Positions 48,274 through 60,744 of a stretch of 64,000 bases of DNA are shown piece after piece. The notes under the pieces were generated by a model, which saw only the letters and a program-made list of their open reading frames with translations, searched no databases and had not been told where the DNA came from. The stretch is from Macrostomum lignano (lineage: Eukaryota): positions 62,001 to 126,000 of the forward strand of contig NIVC01000455.1 in assembly GCA_002269645.1 (NCBI GenBank). Direction: 5' to 3'. A program made the translations under genes and the position numbers. The stretch's first letter is position 1; each line of letters begins with the position of its first letter.

Positions 48274-51200
48274 TCAGTAGCGGTCCGTGGCCGGCCGCAA
48301 GCCGACGGAACTCGCCCGCTGCTCCTCGCCCTCGGCCAGCCGGTGCTGCAGCGGCGGCTGCTGCAGCTGCGACTGGTCGTCCACGGCTTCGTTTTGAAAC
48401 CTGGAGAAGGTCAGCGTCGAGGTGGCGATGTCCATCATCCCGCCGCCCTGGCCACCGTCGCCGTCTGCGTTGTACTCTTGAACGACGCTCTCCGTCTGAC
48501 GGCCGCCAGTGCGAAGCCGCTGCTGCAGATGCAAGACGAATTACTTAGTACTTTTATTTCCTGATTGCTACTAACAGTAGTACAATTTGCAAGGCGAAGC
48601 TCACCAAAATAGCCAACCGGGTGACCTTCTTTCTTACTGCCGGATTCACGTAGAACAAAATAAAATTGATGGTGCCTGCCGAAGTTGAGAAAATTAGTTG
48701 AAATTATGAATCCACAGGTACACTTCGAGTATACTCTCACGAACTCAAACCGCAGTACAGCAAAAACAGTACGGAGGACACCTCAAACATCCGACACAAT
48801 CCACAAATTCCACCTGAAGCACAGCTCAGTCAAGCACGCAGGACACCTTAAACATCTGCAAGATTCCACCTGAAGCACAGCTCAGTCAAGCACGCAGGAC
48901 ACCTCAAACACCTGGCAGATTCCACCTGAAGCACAGCTCAGTCAAGCACGCAGGACACCTCAAACACCTGGAAGATTCCACCTGAAGCACAGCTCAGTCA
49001 AACATACAGGACACCTCAAACACCTGGCAGATTTCACCTGAAGCACAGCTCAGTCAAGCACGCAGGACACCTCAAACACCTGGAAGATTCCACCTGAAGC
49101 ACAGCTCAGTCAAGCACGCAGGACACCTCAAACACCTGGCAGATTCCACTTGAAGCACAGCTCAGTCAAGCACGCAGGACACCTCAAACACCTGGCAGAT
49201 TTCACCTGAAGCACAGCTCAGTCAAGCACACAGGACACCTCAAACACCTGGCAGATTCCACCTGAAGCACAGCTCAGTCAAACACGCAGGACACCTCAAA
49301 CACCTGGCAGATTTCACCTGAAGCACAGCTCAGTCAAGCAGCCTCCAAACGCACCAATAAGCGGAGAGCTGACCGCACTTAGCAGGTACAGAACGAAGCT
49401 CGGCTCAGCGGAGGCCGCATTGTTGATCCTGTTGACAAAGGGCAGCAGGTTGAGCGCCAGGAAGATGCACGGATAGGCCAGCAGGGGGTACAGCTGCTCC
49501 TGCAGCTGAACAGCGGCTGTAGCAACCGCCGCCGCGGACTCCTCGCCGTACATCCCAGACCAAGTGGTGGTACGTCGACGAATCCGAGTCAAGATGATGA
49601 TGTACACGGTCAGGATGGCCAGCAGCAGCAGCAGCACGGGCACGAACCACACGGCCATTCGCCAGGCGGTGTCGGTGATCCAGCACCAGGCGCCGGCGGG
49701 CCCGTAGGCCGACCCGGCGAAGGGCAGCGAGGCGGGCAGAACCGGCAGCAGGAAACCCGTGACGACGTAAACCCTGCGGCAGGGTTAACAGAACTCAGGA
49801 TGCAAGATGGTGTTACAGAGTCATCAGACCCTCCGTTTTAACCAGTTTGATTCAGAGTTGTTCGCCCAGCTGTTTTAATGAATATTTTAAACATACTATT
49901 CGAAAAGTAGTTTGTAATCGAAATAATTTTTTGCTAACTTTTGAAAAACGATTGGAAGTCAGGAGCAGTGTTGTGGCCAAATGCAGCAGGACATGCGATT
50001 AATGCAAAAACGACGCAGTGTGCAACTTAAAGCTTTTAGCACGTTGCCATGTTTAAACGTGCTGTGCAGTTGAACATGACATTGGGTAGTGACTCAGTAT
50101 TCATACGAGACCACCAAAAGTGTGAAGCACTATGATCATGTCTAAACGCAAGTATATTGTGCAGTCAGTGGATACCCGCACTAATGAAATATGCAGTTAA
50201 TTGTATATGACGTTAAAACTGTTGTTTCAAAGCTAAGCGGTTCAGTTATGTATTTCTAATGAACTGCATGTATAGACTATGTATGATAGCACAGTTGGTG
50301 CAATAAACGAATTTGAGTGTAAAAATGCCATACCATTCGAATCGATCAGTTTTAATAGACTTCACAGTGACTAGAAACAGGTAAATGGTAATGAAGACAA
50401 TCCACAGAACAACATTCCAATCTGCAGAGAGAATTGAGATTGTTTTCATATATTAGTATATTTTGTATATATTAGTGCCAACATGGTGTACTTAGAAATG
50501 GCAAAGCAGTGGCACTAGACCTGAGTAAGTTAGCCAGAAGCCTTCAAACAAGCATGTTGCACTGTCTTCCTGTGGCTCACCCTGAAATAGGGCAAAAATA
50601 ATCCAGTTAATATCATGCCAAAATTGAATCTTAGCTTAGTAAAGTGCAGCCAAACAAGTTGCTTACCAAAAGATAAATAATGCAATCAAACAGAGTTGCA
50701 ATAGTTAGGTAGGTGATGAGTCGATATACAAAAAGCTTGTAGAATTTGAATAGCCATATCATAAATAACATCAGAATGCTGCAAAATAGTTGAACAGTAC
50801 AATGAAAGTATATGGAGGAACAGAATGAAATGATTGAATAAAAAATATTCAATGAGGTATTTTGTCACAATCTCGAAAAAACCCACTTACCAGAATGCTA
50901 TCGAAAATGTAGCATTAACCCTTTTAATAGTGACGATCGTGGTCTAAAATGAAATATTGATGCTAATTGATAAAATTAAGTCCAAAATAGCCAAAAAAGT
51001 CGAAGAAGTAAAAAAGTATTTTCCTTTTACTATTTAATTTAGAAGACTGCATTAAATGTTCTACTCATTTAATTCCAGTTTCTAGCTTCCCAACTGCCCG
51101 AAACCCGAGGTGAAAATCAAGCCCTAAAGATCAAGAATAATTCAACGAATATGGAAGTATCAGACTATCAGAGTTCAATTCAAGACAATAAACACAAATC

Positions 51201-52000
51201 ATAAGAATTATAAAAAACGTACACATTTTTGTGGTTCAAGGGGAAATAGCAGACAAGTGCTATTTTCCATTCTGACCTCGAAGAAAATATGATAAGCACG
51301 ATATTGTGATAGTATGCTAGTCGGATATCAGCACGACAATTTTATATTTCTACCTATGGGATGGGACTCGTGCTCGTTCGTTCATTCAACCAAAAGTATT
51401 GCAGAAATTATTTAATTTTGCTAAGTCAAGGGTCTCACTAAAACACGCCCCGCACCGCCCTGCAGCGCTACACATTAAAACAAATTGGACTATAACTGAA
51501 GACACTTCAAAATGCGTTTTCTGTTAAGCTTCAAAGTTTTTATTAAATTAAGTTTTTTACTATAAAATATAAAATTCGGTGAATAAGAAGTGATATTATT
51601 AATAATATTAATAAAAAAATAATAATATAATTTAATAATGAAAACGAGAATATAAAAAATAATAACAATATTTATAATAATAATTAAAGATATTTATTCC
51701 ATTACTCGTACAACAAATAGTTTTCTTTGCAATCAAATACTGCATTGACAAAAAATGTTATAATGTGTAGCGGTTCGGGGCGGTGCGGTGCGTGTTTTAG
51801 GGAGACCCCTAAGTCAAAACCTCTCGTTTATACATGTTTTACGTAAAACAAATGTTAAGTAAAATAAACAGTTTAAACCGCAAACTCATAGTAAAAGACT
51901 TTCATCATAGCCAAAAAGTGTTAGAACCAGCTATTTCGCGTACTTACAGAAAGTAAAAGAAATAAATTTTGACCGGTGTATAGCGCGTCGTTAAGTCCAT
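48274..52000 (-). CDS. 7TM GPCR of the cAMP-receptor-like (Dicty_CAR / GPR157-type) family, 366 aa from ATG 51270 (384 aa if the in-frame upstream ATG at 52000 is used)
   Basis: Exons 52000-51948 (optional), 51271-51223, 50943-50891, 50778-50667, 50581-50521, 50421-50334, 49773-49355, 48675-48605, 48522-48274; all junctions phase-consistent. MENSTCLLFP..C N-terminus, VYRLITYLTIATLFD (TM2), the family motif YGPAGAWCWI, LLAYPCIF (TM6) and SSPLIGTINFILFY (TM7). Confidence 0.87.
48811..49340. repeat. 56-bp minisatellite, 10 copies, starting ~15 nt after the GPCR donor at 49354
   Basis: CACCTGAAGC starts at 48811, 48867 ... 49315. The sense strand contains TGTGCTTCAG|GTG. Confidence 0.95.
51430..51808. 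mobile_element. 379-bp non-autonomous DNA transposon (MITE), Mutator/MULE-type
   Basis: 48-bp TIRs (51430-51477 and 51761-51808, 43/48 identical, starting GGGTCTC), a perfect 9-bp TSD CTAAGTCAA (51421-51429 and 51809-51817), and an AT-rich non-coding interior. A 9-bp TSD with long G-initiated TIRs is characteristic of MULEs. Confidence 0.88.
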
Positions 52001-52764
52001 GACTTCCGAGCTACGAAAGTCGAAAGATGTGTTATCTATCCCTCTCACTGCTTGACGGATGCAGGGAACAGAACAGGGAGCATCTGTAGTCCTGTACTCA
52101 TTGTAAAGCAAGTTAATGTAGTTAAATACAGTTCAAATTATTCGCTCTCAATTTTCTATGGCGTATGCTAGGCTAGCTAGACCTATTTGCTTACAATACT
52201 ATTAGAATTGGCACCTTTTTATTATTATTTTTGCATTCACTTCACCACTGCACCGAAATTTTTTCTGATATTATAGGGTCTATAGGGGCCTATTCAAACC
52301 TCTTATTCTTTAAATGCACTAAAATATAAATATCAAATGATCAAAATGAATATGTTTTAAGATAATTGTTTAGACCTACTATTAATTTCATACATAGGCC
52401 CTAGGCATATGAACATTTTAAAAAGTGGGGGGCAGGTTCAGTGGCGGATTTAAGGGGGTGCACAGGGCACACGCCCCTGTCAAGTTTGATTTTTTTATAT
52501 GGAAAACAAGCTGTTGAAACCCGCGGATTTTGAACCCGGGGAATTCCAATCCCCGGAACTATTTTTGCATGTATTCTGAAATCTGAGCCCATCTGAAACA
52601 AAAACTTGTTAATAGTTAGTAGGATAGAGGTAGACATAAAATGGAGCACATTCGTGTAAAATTAGGATTTGAGGCAAACATTGATATTGTTGACTGGACT
52701 GGGGTACTTCACAGAATGTCAGGCAATGTCTGTCTGACTCTAAAACATGTATTGGCAAACTCTG

Positions 52765-53351
52765 GCCTCTCCCTGACTCTCCCTATGTCCCTTGGATCCT
52801 TTAAAATTTCTATCGTCTCTTCTGTTTCCTTTCTTCTCTCTCGTCCCTCGTCTCTCCTCTCTCTTCTCTCCTCTCTCCTCTCTTCTCTCATATCTTCAAT
52901 CATCTCTCTTCTCTTTCATCTCTCTTATCTCTTGTCTCTTCTCTCTACTCTTTTCTCTCTCTCTCCTCTCTACTTTTCGTTTTCTCTCTCCTCTCCTCTC
53001 TCCTATCTTCTTTCGTATCTTCCCTCATCTCTCTTCTCTTTCATATCTCTTATCTCATCTCTTCCCTTTTCTTTTCTCTCTCCTCTCCTCTCTCCTCTAC
53101 TTTTTCGTTTTCTCTCTTCTCCTCTCTCTCCTCTCTCCCCCTCTTCTCTCGTCTCTTCCTTCTCCTCTCTATTCTTTTCTCTCTTCTCTTAACTCTCTCC
53201 TCTCTCCTCTCTACTCTTTCCTCTCTCTCTTCTCTCTCCCCTCGTCGCTCGTCTCTTCCCTCACCTCTCTTCTCTCTTGTCTGCATTTTTATCTCTCCTT
53301 TCTCTTCTTTTATCTTTTCTCTCTTATCTCTTCTCGTTTCTATCTGCTCTG

Positions 53352-53408
<57 letters not shown>

Positions 53409-54240
53409 CTCTTCATTCTCCTATTTCCTCTTCTCTCTCCCTGTCTCTCCTCTCTCCTCTAGTCACTGTAATCTCTTCTCTCTTATCTCTCCTCTGTTCT
53501 CTCTACTCTCCCATCTCTCGTCTGTTCACCCTCATTTCTGCTGTCTCATCTGTCATCTTTACTCTCTAATACGTTCTCTCACTTATCTCCTCTGTACTCT
53601 TCTCTTTCACCTCTTCTGACTCCTCTCTTTCCTTACTCCTCTCTTCTTTTCTCTTCCCTCTTCTATACTCTCTCTCCTCTATTATCTTCTCTCGTCTCTC
53701 TGCACTCTCCTCTCACCTTTTTCATCTCTCATCTTTACTCTCTCATCTCTCCTTTCATCTGTCTCATCTCTACAATCTCATCTCTTTCCTCTTTCCTCCT
53801 CTTCCCTTTACTCTCTCATCTCTCCTTTCTCCCCTCTTCTTACACCCCTATCTTATCTCTATCTCTTCTCTTCTCACCCCTTCTCTCCCTCTCTTATCTC
53901 CTCTCTTTTCTATCCTTTCTACTCTCTCCTCTCTAATCTCTCCTCTCCTCTTGACCCTCTGTCATCTTCTTTCTGCTCTCTCATCTCTACTCTCTTCTCA
54001 CTCTTCTCTACTCTCCTCTCATCGATCCTCTGTCTCATATCTCCCCTCTTCTCACCTTTACTCTTTCCTCTCCCTCCTTTCTCCCCTCCTCTCGCTTCTT
54101 CCTCCCTTCTTCTCTGCTCTCTCCTCACCACTTGTCTCTCCTCTTATCTTCCATGTTTTCTCTTATCCCCCTCTCGCCTCTCCTCTCTTCTAATACTAAT
54201 TAGTCTATTCCTTCTCCTTTCCACTCTCATCTGGCCCGCA
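52765..54240. repeat. ~1.5-kb polypyrimidine (CT-rich) low-complexity tract
   Basis: Seen directly; includes a pure (CT)n run near 53360-53405. Confidence 0.93.
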
Positions 54241-54879
54241 CATAAGCTGGATTCTTTATCTGGCTTTTGAAGTAAAAGTCTGCCGATCCCTGCTTCGAAA
54301 GCCAGTTTGTGGGACGTAGTACTCTCATCGTTATTCTCATGCTTTGATCACGTCATATTTCTTGCCAATTTGCAGCCCTGAAAGGAATTTGTGAATCTTC
54401 AGCTCCACTGCAGTCTGCATCAGTCTAACAACCAAGGAAATACGCATTTCTTAGGCCATTTAAATTTCAAAGTTTAAGAGAAACTTTAAGAGAAACTTAA
54501 AATTTCCATGGTGTGCCTAATTTAGTAGGGTTGTATTTCATTGCATCGCATCGCCTTTTCATAAATATTTCGCTTTTACAAACCATGCTGGATTGCCTCG
54601 ATTTGCCAATTGCCATCCACTGTTAGACTGCTGCAGAGTTTGCCTATACAGAGGGGAGGGCAGTGGTTAGAATTTCTCACTAAACTGTTATGGCTAAACG
54701 TAGCCTCTCCACTCGCGGGGTACAGCGAAGGCTATTAAAAAGTTATTCCAAAACACTGTACATTCGCTATGTACATTGAGCCCTATCGCCTGACCCTTCG
54801 TCTGGCTCTGGGGGAATGAGTGAGTGAGTGGCACAAACAACAGAAAAAGCAGACAAACTTCACATGCTTACAGTTTCTT

Positions 54880-55413
54880 TTTCGGTTGAGTTACAGAGTT
54901 GAAACTTTACATTTAGATAGAGAATGGGTCAATGAAGAATTGTGTCAAGTTTGAAGTCAATCGCTTTACGTGGAGCAAACTTATGGCAGCTGAAAGTTAG
55001 TCAATTTTGAAACCCTTTTACACATCTGGGCCCAGATCGGTATCGGGAAAGAGAGGCAGGCGGGCGGAGGTTGGGGTGGTTGCTACGCTGAAAAAAACAG
55101 CCTAACTTTAAAAGTGCACAGCACCGCTCAGGATTAACTTTGAGACTCGAAATTTTACATGATTGTGCCAAAATAGTTAAAGATTATCTGTGTCAAATTT
55201 GAAGAGAATCGGTAGAAGTGGAGCGGCGCTATGGAGGATTAAGTGAAAAAATCGCGCATTTTGAGCAGTTTTTTGTACTTTTAGGTAGGAAGACTTGAGT
55301 CTAGGAAATTTAAAGGTAGCCTAAGACATTCTCCGTAGTAAGTTTAGGGTGGGTGTAAAGTTTGGTGTAATTTGGTTGAGCGGTTTGGGAGTCCATAGCG
55401 AAGTAATTTGTCC

Positions 55414-55446
<33 letters not shown>

Positions 55447-55470
55447 GTTTTGATTTTTATAGGTAGAGAT
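54880..55470 (+). mobile_element. Probable non-autonomous Helentron/HINE (DINE-1/Lep1/pearl-like) element
   Basis: Repeated TGTGTCAA(G/A)TTTGAAG..AATCG / GTGTAAAGTTTGG..AATTTGG core motifs, then a (CAGA)n tract and a TTTTATAGGTAGAGAT tail, which is the architecture typical of these elements. The ends are not precisely defined. Confidence 0.5.
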
Positions 55471-58271
55471 GTACATTATCATGTACTGATTATTTTCAGA
55501 ATCTGTCTTGTCAGCACTCATTTTATAAAGTGCTGCACTTGTCAGCACTCATTTTAGCGCCATAGGCACTCGTTTTAGCACCACAGGTACTCATTTTAGC
55601 ATTGTAGGCACTTATTCTAGTGCTGCAGGCATGTATTTTAGTGCTGCAGGCACTTATTTTGGTGTTGCAGGCACTATGTTTTGTCACCTTGCAGCAAAAT
55701 GTATTTATGCAAAGTAGCAAAAACCAAAAATAAGCAAAATATGTACATTTTACATTTAAAATATAGAGCAGCCAGGTAGTATTATTGCCCTTATTTTAAA
55801 AAGTAAGGGAGGGAGGGAGGCTATGGCCCCACTGTCCTCTCCTATTCCTAATATCCTATGCCTAGATTAATTTAATTAATACTAAATATATATTTCTTTG
55901 TTTTTCTATTGATTAACAATTAATTTATTGTACCAATGATAGATGGCAAGTAAGGTGGGGGTGGAGAAGTTTTCTTGGAACTTTCGGGTTTTGAAATATT
56001 TGCTGACACCAGTGAGGTAAGGCAGATTCCACGTCTGAATTGCTGCCAATGTTGAGTTTGCACGAATAAAACTGGAAAATCGCGCAGACAAATCACAACG
56101 GGAAAACTATCTCATTTTACTCCGGCTGCCAGGTTCTCAAGTCTGTGGGGAGGGTAGTTTCAATCGTAGCGGAGTGGTCGTAGAGTGGCACGGTCGTTCA
56201 ACTGTAGAAACTCTAGAGACTCAGTCTCTATAAATTAATGTGTCAATATGTTGAACTCGCGTCTGTCAGTAGGGTAGTTGCTGCCACCACCATAATTTAT
56301 GTATTATGGAACGTTGAAATTCTCAGAGCTTTCTTTGAGGTGAGAACTTATGGTTGTTTTACATCCTACGGGCAAATGACTCAAAATAAAGCTATGGGCT
56401 TAATAAACAAACTGTCAGTTTTATTAAATTGTGTTTATTTAAAACCCTTTATGCTGAATAAGTAATTTAGTTATTGCTAATTTTGAGAGCTGGCCTACGC
56501 AATAATGAATCTGGCGTGCTGGTGCGGGATAGGCTAAATAAAGTTTAATGCACTAACAAACAAACAAGCGATACAAAAGGCAGAAAACAAAAGAGCTGAG
56601 AAGGGAGAGCGGGGATTAACAAGAGGGAAAATGAACCAGAGGAGAGAGAGAGAGAGAGAGAGATAAAAAAATGGGCATTCATTTCACCATATAAATAATA
56701 ATCAATCTGGCCAGGGGGCAGGGCACCCAGGGAATCAGTGGGTGGAATGAACATTTACCACCACCTGACCCCTCTACTGGCCATAACTTGAACAAATGGC
56801 AAAATGAGCAAAAGAAAGATTTACATCGCCTGGGGCCGCAGATGGGGCACCACTTGGGGGTGAAAACACCAAGTGGGGTAGCGCCTGGGCCAACAATTGG
56901 CGTGACGTCAGAAAATGATGGAAAATCATGCCAACGAGAAAATACAATCAAAGTTAAGAAAATATTAGAGAAATAGTCACAAATATTAAAATTTAAGGCA
57001 AAATCGATGAGCAAATTATTAAGGGGAAAATTTAATGAGCAATATTCAATTCACCACAGTTTCTTTTCAGCCTTCGTGGTAGCCGCCACTACCACACAAG
57101 AAATGATATGCTTTATATAAAAGTTTGATATGCTAAAACAATTTTATGCCTAATACACAAGGATTCCAATGAGATTTTAAAGTTTTTTTAAATTGTTATT
57201 TTAGGGTTAGCTCATAAGACACTATCTGGGCCTAGGGTCTTTACTTAATGTAATGTATAAATAGCAAAACTTATTTTCATAGCCACCATATGTAGAAAGC
57301 AAAATAACTATTTTTATGGTCCTAGAGAAGAAATTTTAGTTACATTACCTAAGTAAGTCATGTACTAATTTATAAAGTAGGTTATAAGTATTATAAAGCA
57401 TTTAGTTTTAGATTAGGAATCTATTAAATTCTAATTTTGGTATCGAATTCTAATTTATAATTTAGATACCAAAATTTTTAGTATATACTCATATATATAT
57501 AGAAGTAAACTGGGGTATTAACTAAAAGTATAGGTATTGAAGAATAGATGCCTCTAAATCTTATTTGCTTTTCAGATTAAGCAAAAACACCTTACTTTAA
57601 AAAATTGATCAAGTAATAAAAAATTTAAATTGGGCTAAACCTTTTTCAATTTTTTATTTTCAATATTTATATAGATATAAATCTTATTGGAATAGAATCA
57701 CCAAGACCTACAGATACCACATAGGGTACTTCAAAGGGCTGCTCCTGCATAGCCCTATTGGAATAAGTGGCTTGGATACTCCTGTGCAAAAGACTGAAAA
57801 AAGTTGTTACTTATGCAACTAGGTAAAATGAAGATAATCTGCAAAATGAAGACTTATTCCAATAGGGGATATAAATATAAGAACATAACATAGTATATAC
57901 AAGATTAATTTTTTGGTCAGACAATCTACTGTATGCATCTTCTATCCATTATTTCTGTGCCCTAATATATACAAAAACTATGCAATATATATATAATTTA
58001 AAGATTTGAGAATGTAAGTTATTTATAGATAAACAAAAATTTATGTTTTTGACAAACTTACCACAAAAGTTATGCACTATGTACATTAATGACCCCATTG
58101 TGCACTATGATTATGTGCCAAGTGGTGTTTAGCATAGCTTACGTTGGAATAAAAAGTAAATACAACTTCATCTCTACAATCCTCCCAATAGCCATACCAT
58201 TCAATGATTCCCCCATGAGCCTTGACATCAAAGCAATTCCCCATTGAGTCTTGAAACTTTCTCGCACCACC

Positions 58272-60624
58272 ATGCGGCCCAGTTCCAGCATGCCGCACTA
58301 CATGGAGGTTCTCAGCCACCTGGAGGCGATGGTGTCGTCCGCCAGCGAGGCGGAGCTCAACTTGGTGTTGAACCTAGAGAAGGAGGACTATCTGGTATCG
58401 GCCGACGGGCCCGAGTCTGCCGCAGCGGCTGGCTCAGCGTTTGCCGAGCTGGTGCAGAAGGCCGAGACTCTGGTGCACTCCCGGGTGGCCAAGATGGAGC
58501 GGCTGCTGCAGCGGCAGGACAAGACGGCCAGGCAAGGCAAGAAGAAGAAGCCAAGGCGGCGCCAGCCAGCCTCCATGGCCGACAACCTGTCCGCCATCTT
58601 TGACACGGTTGTGCGGGAATTCACTACTGCAGATGCTGCAGCTGCTGCTGACTGCTCGGCAGGTTCCGGCACCGCGGCCTGCTGCTCCACAGTGCAGCTG
58701 CCGAAGCTCGCAACGGCTTCGCCTCCGACTTTGCCCGACACGGCTGAGGAGCCCCCACTGCCAGGCCAGACCCTGGTGCGCGGCATCCGCATGCCCATCG
58801 TGCTGCCGCCGACTCCACTGCTGTCAATGCGAGCTACCATTCAGCTGCGGACTGCCGCGGCCACGCCTGTGTCCGCTGTCAGAAATGACGCGCCTTCATT
58901 GAGTTGGTGGGTGGCCGGTCTCTTGCCCGTCTGCTTGGTTTTGTTGAGGGGAGTTCTGTGAACTGACTGGAGAACTGACTCGATCTGACTCGACCTGAAA
59001 GATCTGAGGGTAGTGGCACTCTACCTGAAGGACCTGAGGGTATTGGCACTCTACCTGAAGGATCTGAGGGTAGTGGCACTCTACCTGAAGGACCTGAGGG
59101 TAGCGGCACTCTACCTGAAGGATCTGAGGGTAGCGGCACTCTACCTGAAGGATCTGAGGGTAGCGGCACTCTACCTGAAGGATCTGAGGGTAGCGGCACT
59201 CTACCTGAAGGATCTCAGGGTAGCGGCACTCTACCTGAAGGATCTGAGGGTAGTGGCACTTTACCTGAAGGATCTGAGGGTAGCGGCACGCTCTGAATGT
59301 TCTAAGTAGCTGCGGTTCTGACTGAAGTGCCCGAAAAGACTCAAAGCACTCCACGAAGGCTCTGAGTGCAGCATTCGACATCAACCGCCACCCCCATTAA
59401 GCAGGAACCGCAGCGTCCTGCCTTCGTCCAGCACAGCCGGACCCCAGCAAGCGGCAGCGGGCCGCGGCGACGACAGTGACAGCGCGGCACCGCCGATGCT
59501 CAGGAAGCGGCTGTCTGTCAATCTGCCGATTGTGATCTCCGGCGAGTATCGGCTGAGCGGCCGAGTCGAGCTCAGCTGTTTGAGCAGAGAGGGAGACGGC
59601 GGGGGACAGGGGCAAGATGGCTCCGGATCCGTTCGGTAAGAAATCATAAATTGCTTTTCTTAGTGTTGCAGGTCAGATAGGCTCGGGTATTTCCATTTCT
59701 TGTGAGACTGCGGGGGAGTGGGGATCAGAATGTTGGGAGTGGTGAGCAGAATGTTGGGAGAGGGGAGCAGAATGTTGGGAGTGGGGAGCAGAATGTTGGG
59801 AGTGAGGATCAGAATGTTGGGAGTGGGGAGCAGAATGTTGGGAGTGGGGATCAGAATGTTGGGAGTAGGTATCAGAATGTTGGGAGTAGGGATCAGAATG
59901 TTGGGAGTAGGTATCAGAATGTTGGGAGTAGGGATCAGAATGTTGGGAGTAGGGATCAGAATGTTGGGAGTAGGTATCAGAATGTTGGGAGTAGGTATCA
60001 GAATGTTGGGAGTAGGGATCAGAATGTTGGGAGTAGATATCAGAATGTTGGGAGTGGGGAGCAGAATGTTGGGAGTGGGGAGCAGAATGTTGGGAGTGGG
60101 GAGCAGAATGTTGGGAGTGCGGAGCAGAATGTTGGGAGTAGGGATCAGAATGTTGGGAGTAGGTATCAGAATGTTGGGAGTAGGTATCAGAATGTTGGGA
60201 GTAGGGATCAGAATGTTGGGAGTAGGTATCAGAATGTTGGGAGTAGGTATCAGAATGTTGGGAGTAGGGATCAGAATGTTGGGAGTAGGTATCAGAATGT
60301 TGGGAGTAGGTATCAGAATGTTGGGAGTAGGTATCAGAATGTTGGGAGTAGGGATCAGAATGTTGGGAGTTACTGATCATGATGTGAGGGGTGATAATCG
60401 GAATGAGAGAGAGTGGGGATCAGAGTGTTAGGGGGGATCGGTATGAGGGGGAGTGGGGAACGCAGCCTCAGCCTTCACATTATTTGTCAACTATCCCCAT
60501 TATCTTCAGCGCTATTGAATCAGCGGGTCAGCAGCAGCAGCCGCCTTCTAAAACCAGGCATCGATGTCTGGATTCTCCCAGCGCGGGTGGCTCGCCTCCA
60601 AGAAAGCGTTTGAGGCTATTGTAG
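58272..60624 (+). CDS. Uncharacterised protein (coiled-coil-like segment, C-terminal basic NLS-like PPRKRLRLL); 5' end uncertain
   Basis: Exons 58272 (ATG, or an internal exon from an acceptor at 58283/58289)-58906, 59405-59635, 60510-60624 (TAG). Both introns are phase 2 with good GT-AG signals; strong GC3 bias; ATTAAA ~15 nt after the stop. Confidence 0.65.
58985..59292. repeat. 30-bp minisatellite (CTACCTGAAGGATCTGAGGGTAGCGGCACT)n, intron
   Basis: Seen directly. Confidence 0.93.
59705..60372. repeat. 21-bp G-rich minisatellite (GGGAGTAGGGATCAGAATGTT)n, intron
   Basis: Seen directly. Confidence 0.94.
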
Positions 60625-60744
60625 TTCGCTGCTACCGTATTAAACTGATTCTGTGCTTATTTATTTGTCTTGTAGAACTTTGACAAAATACTCTGGTTTT
60701 GAGATGTTTTCCAGCCATTCAGAGATTTCCCACGCTGTTATTTC

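Noticed and set aside
58907-58961. Hydrophobic C-terminus (WWVAGLLPVCLVLLRGVL) suggesting a membrane or GPI anchor
   Set aside because: It lies after a good phase-2 donor (TG|GTGGGT at 58907) that matches the next exon, so it is probably intronic. Intron retention is not excluded.
58879-59647. Minus-strand gene (ORFs 59381-59647, 58896-59384, 58388-58840)
   Set aside because: Codon bias and phase-consistent splice sites support the plus-strand exons; these ORFs are antisense shadows or repeat-derived.
59672-59686. 15-nt micro-exon in the unknown gene
   Set aside because: It would need a 36-nt intron and a weak donor, and the direct 59635-60510 junction is already phase-consistent.
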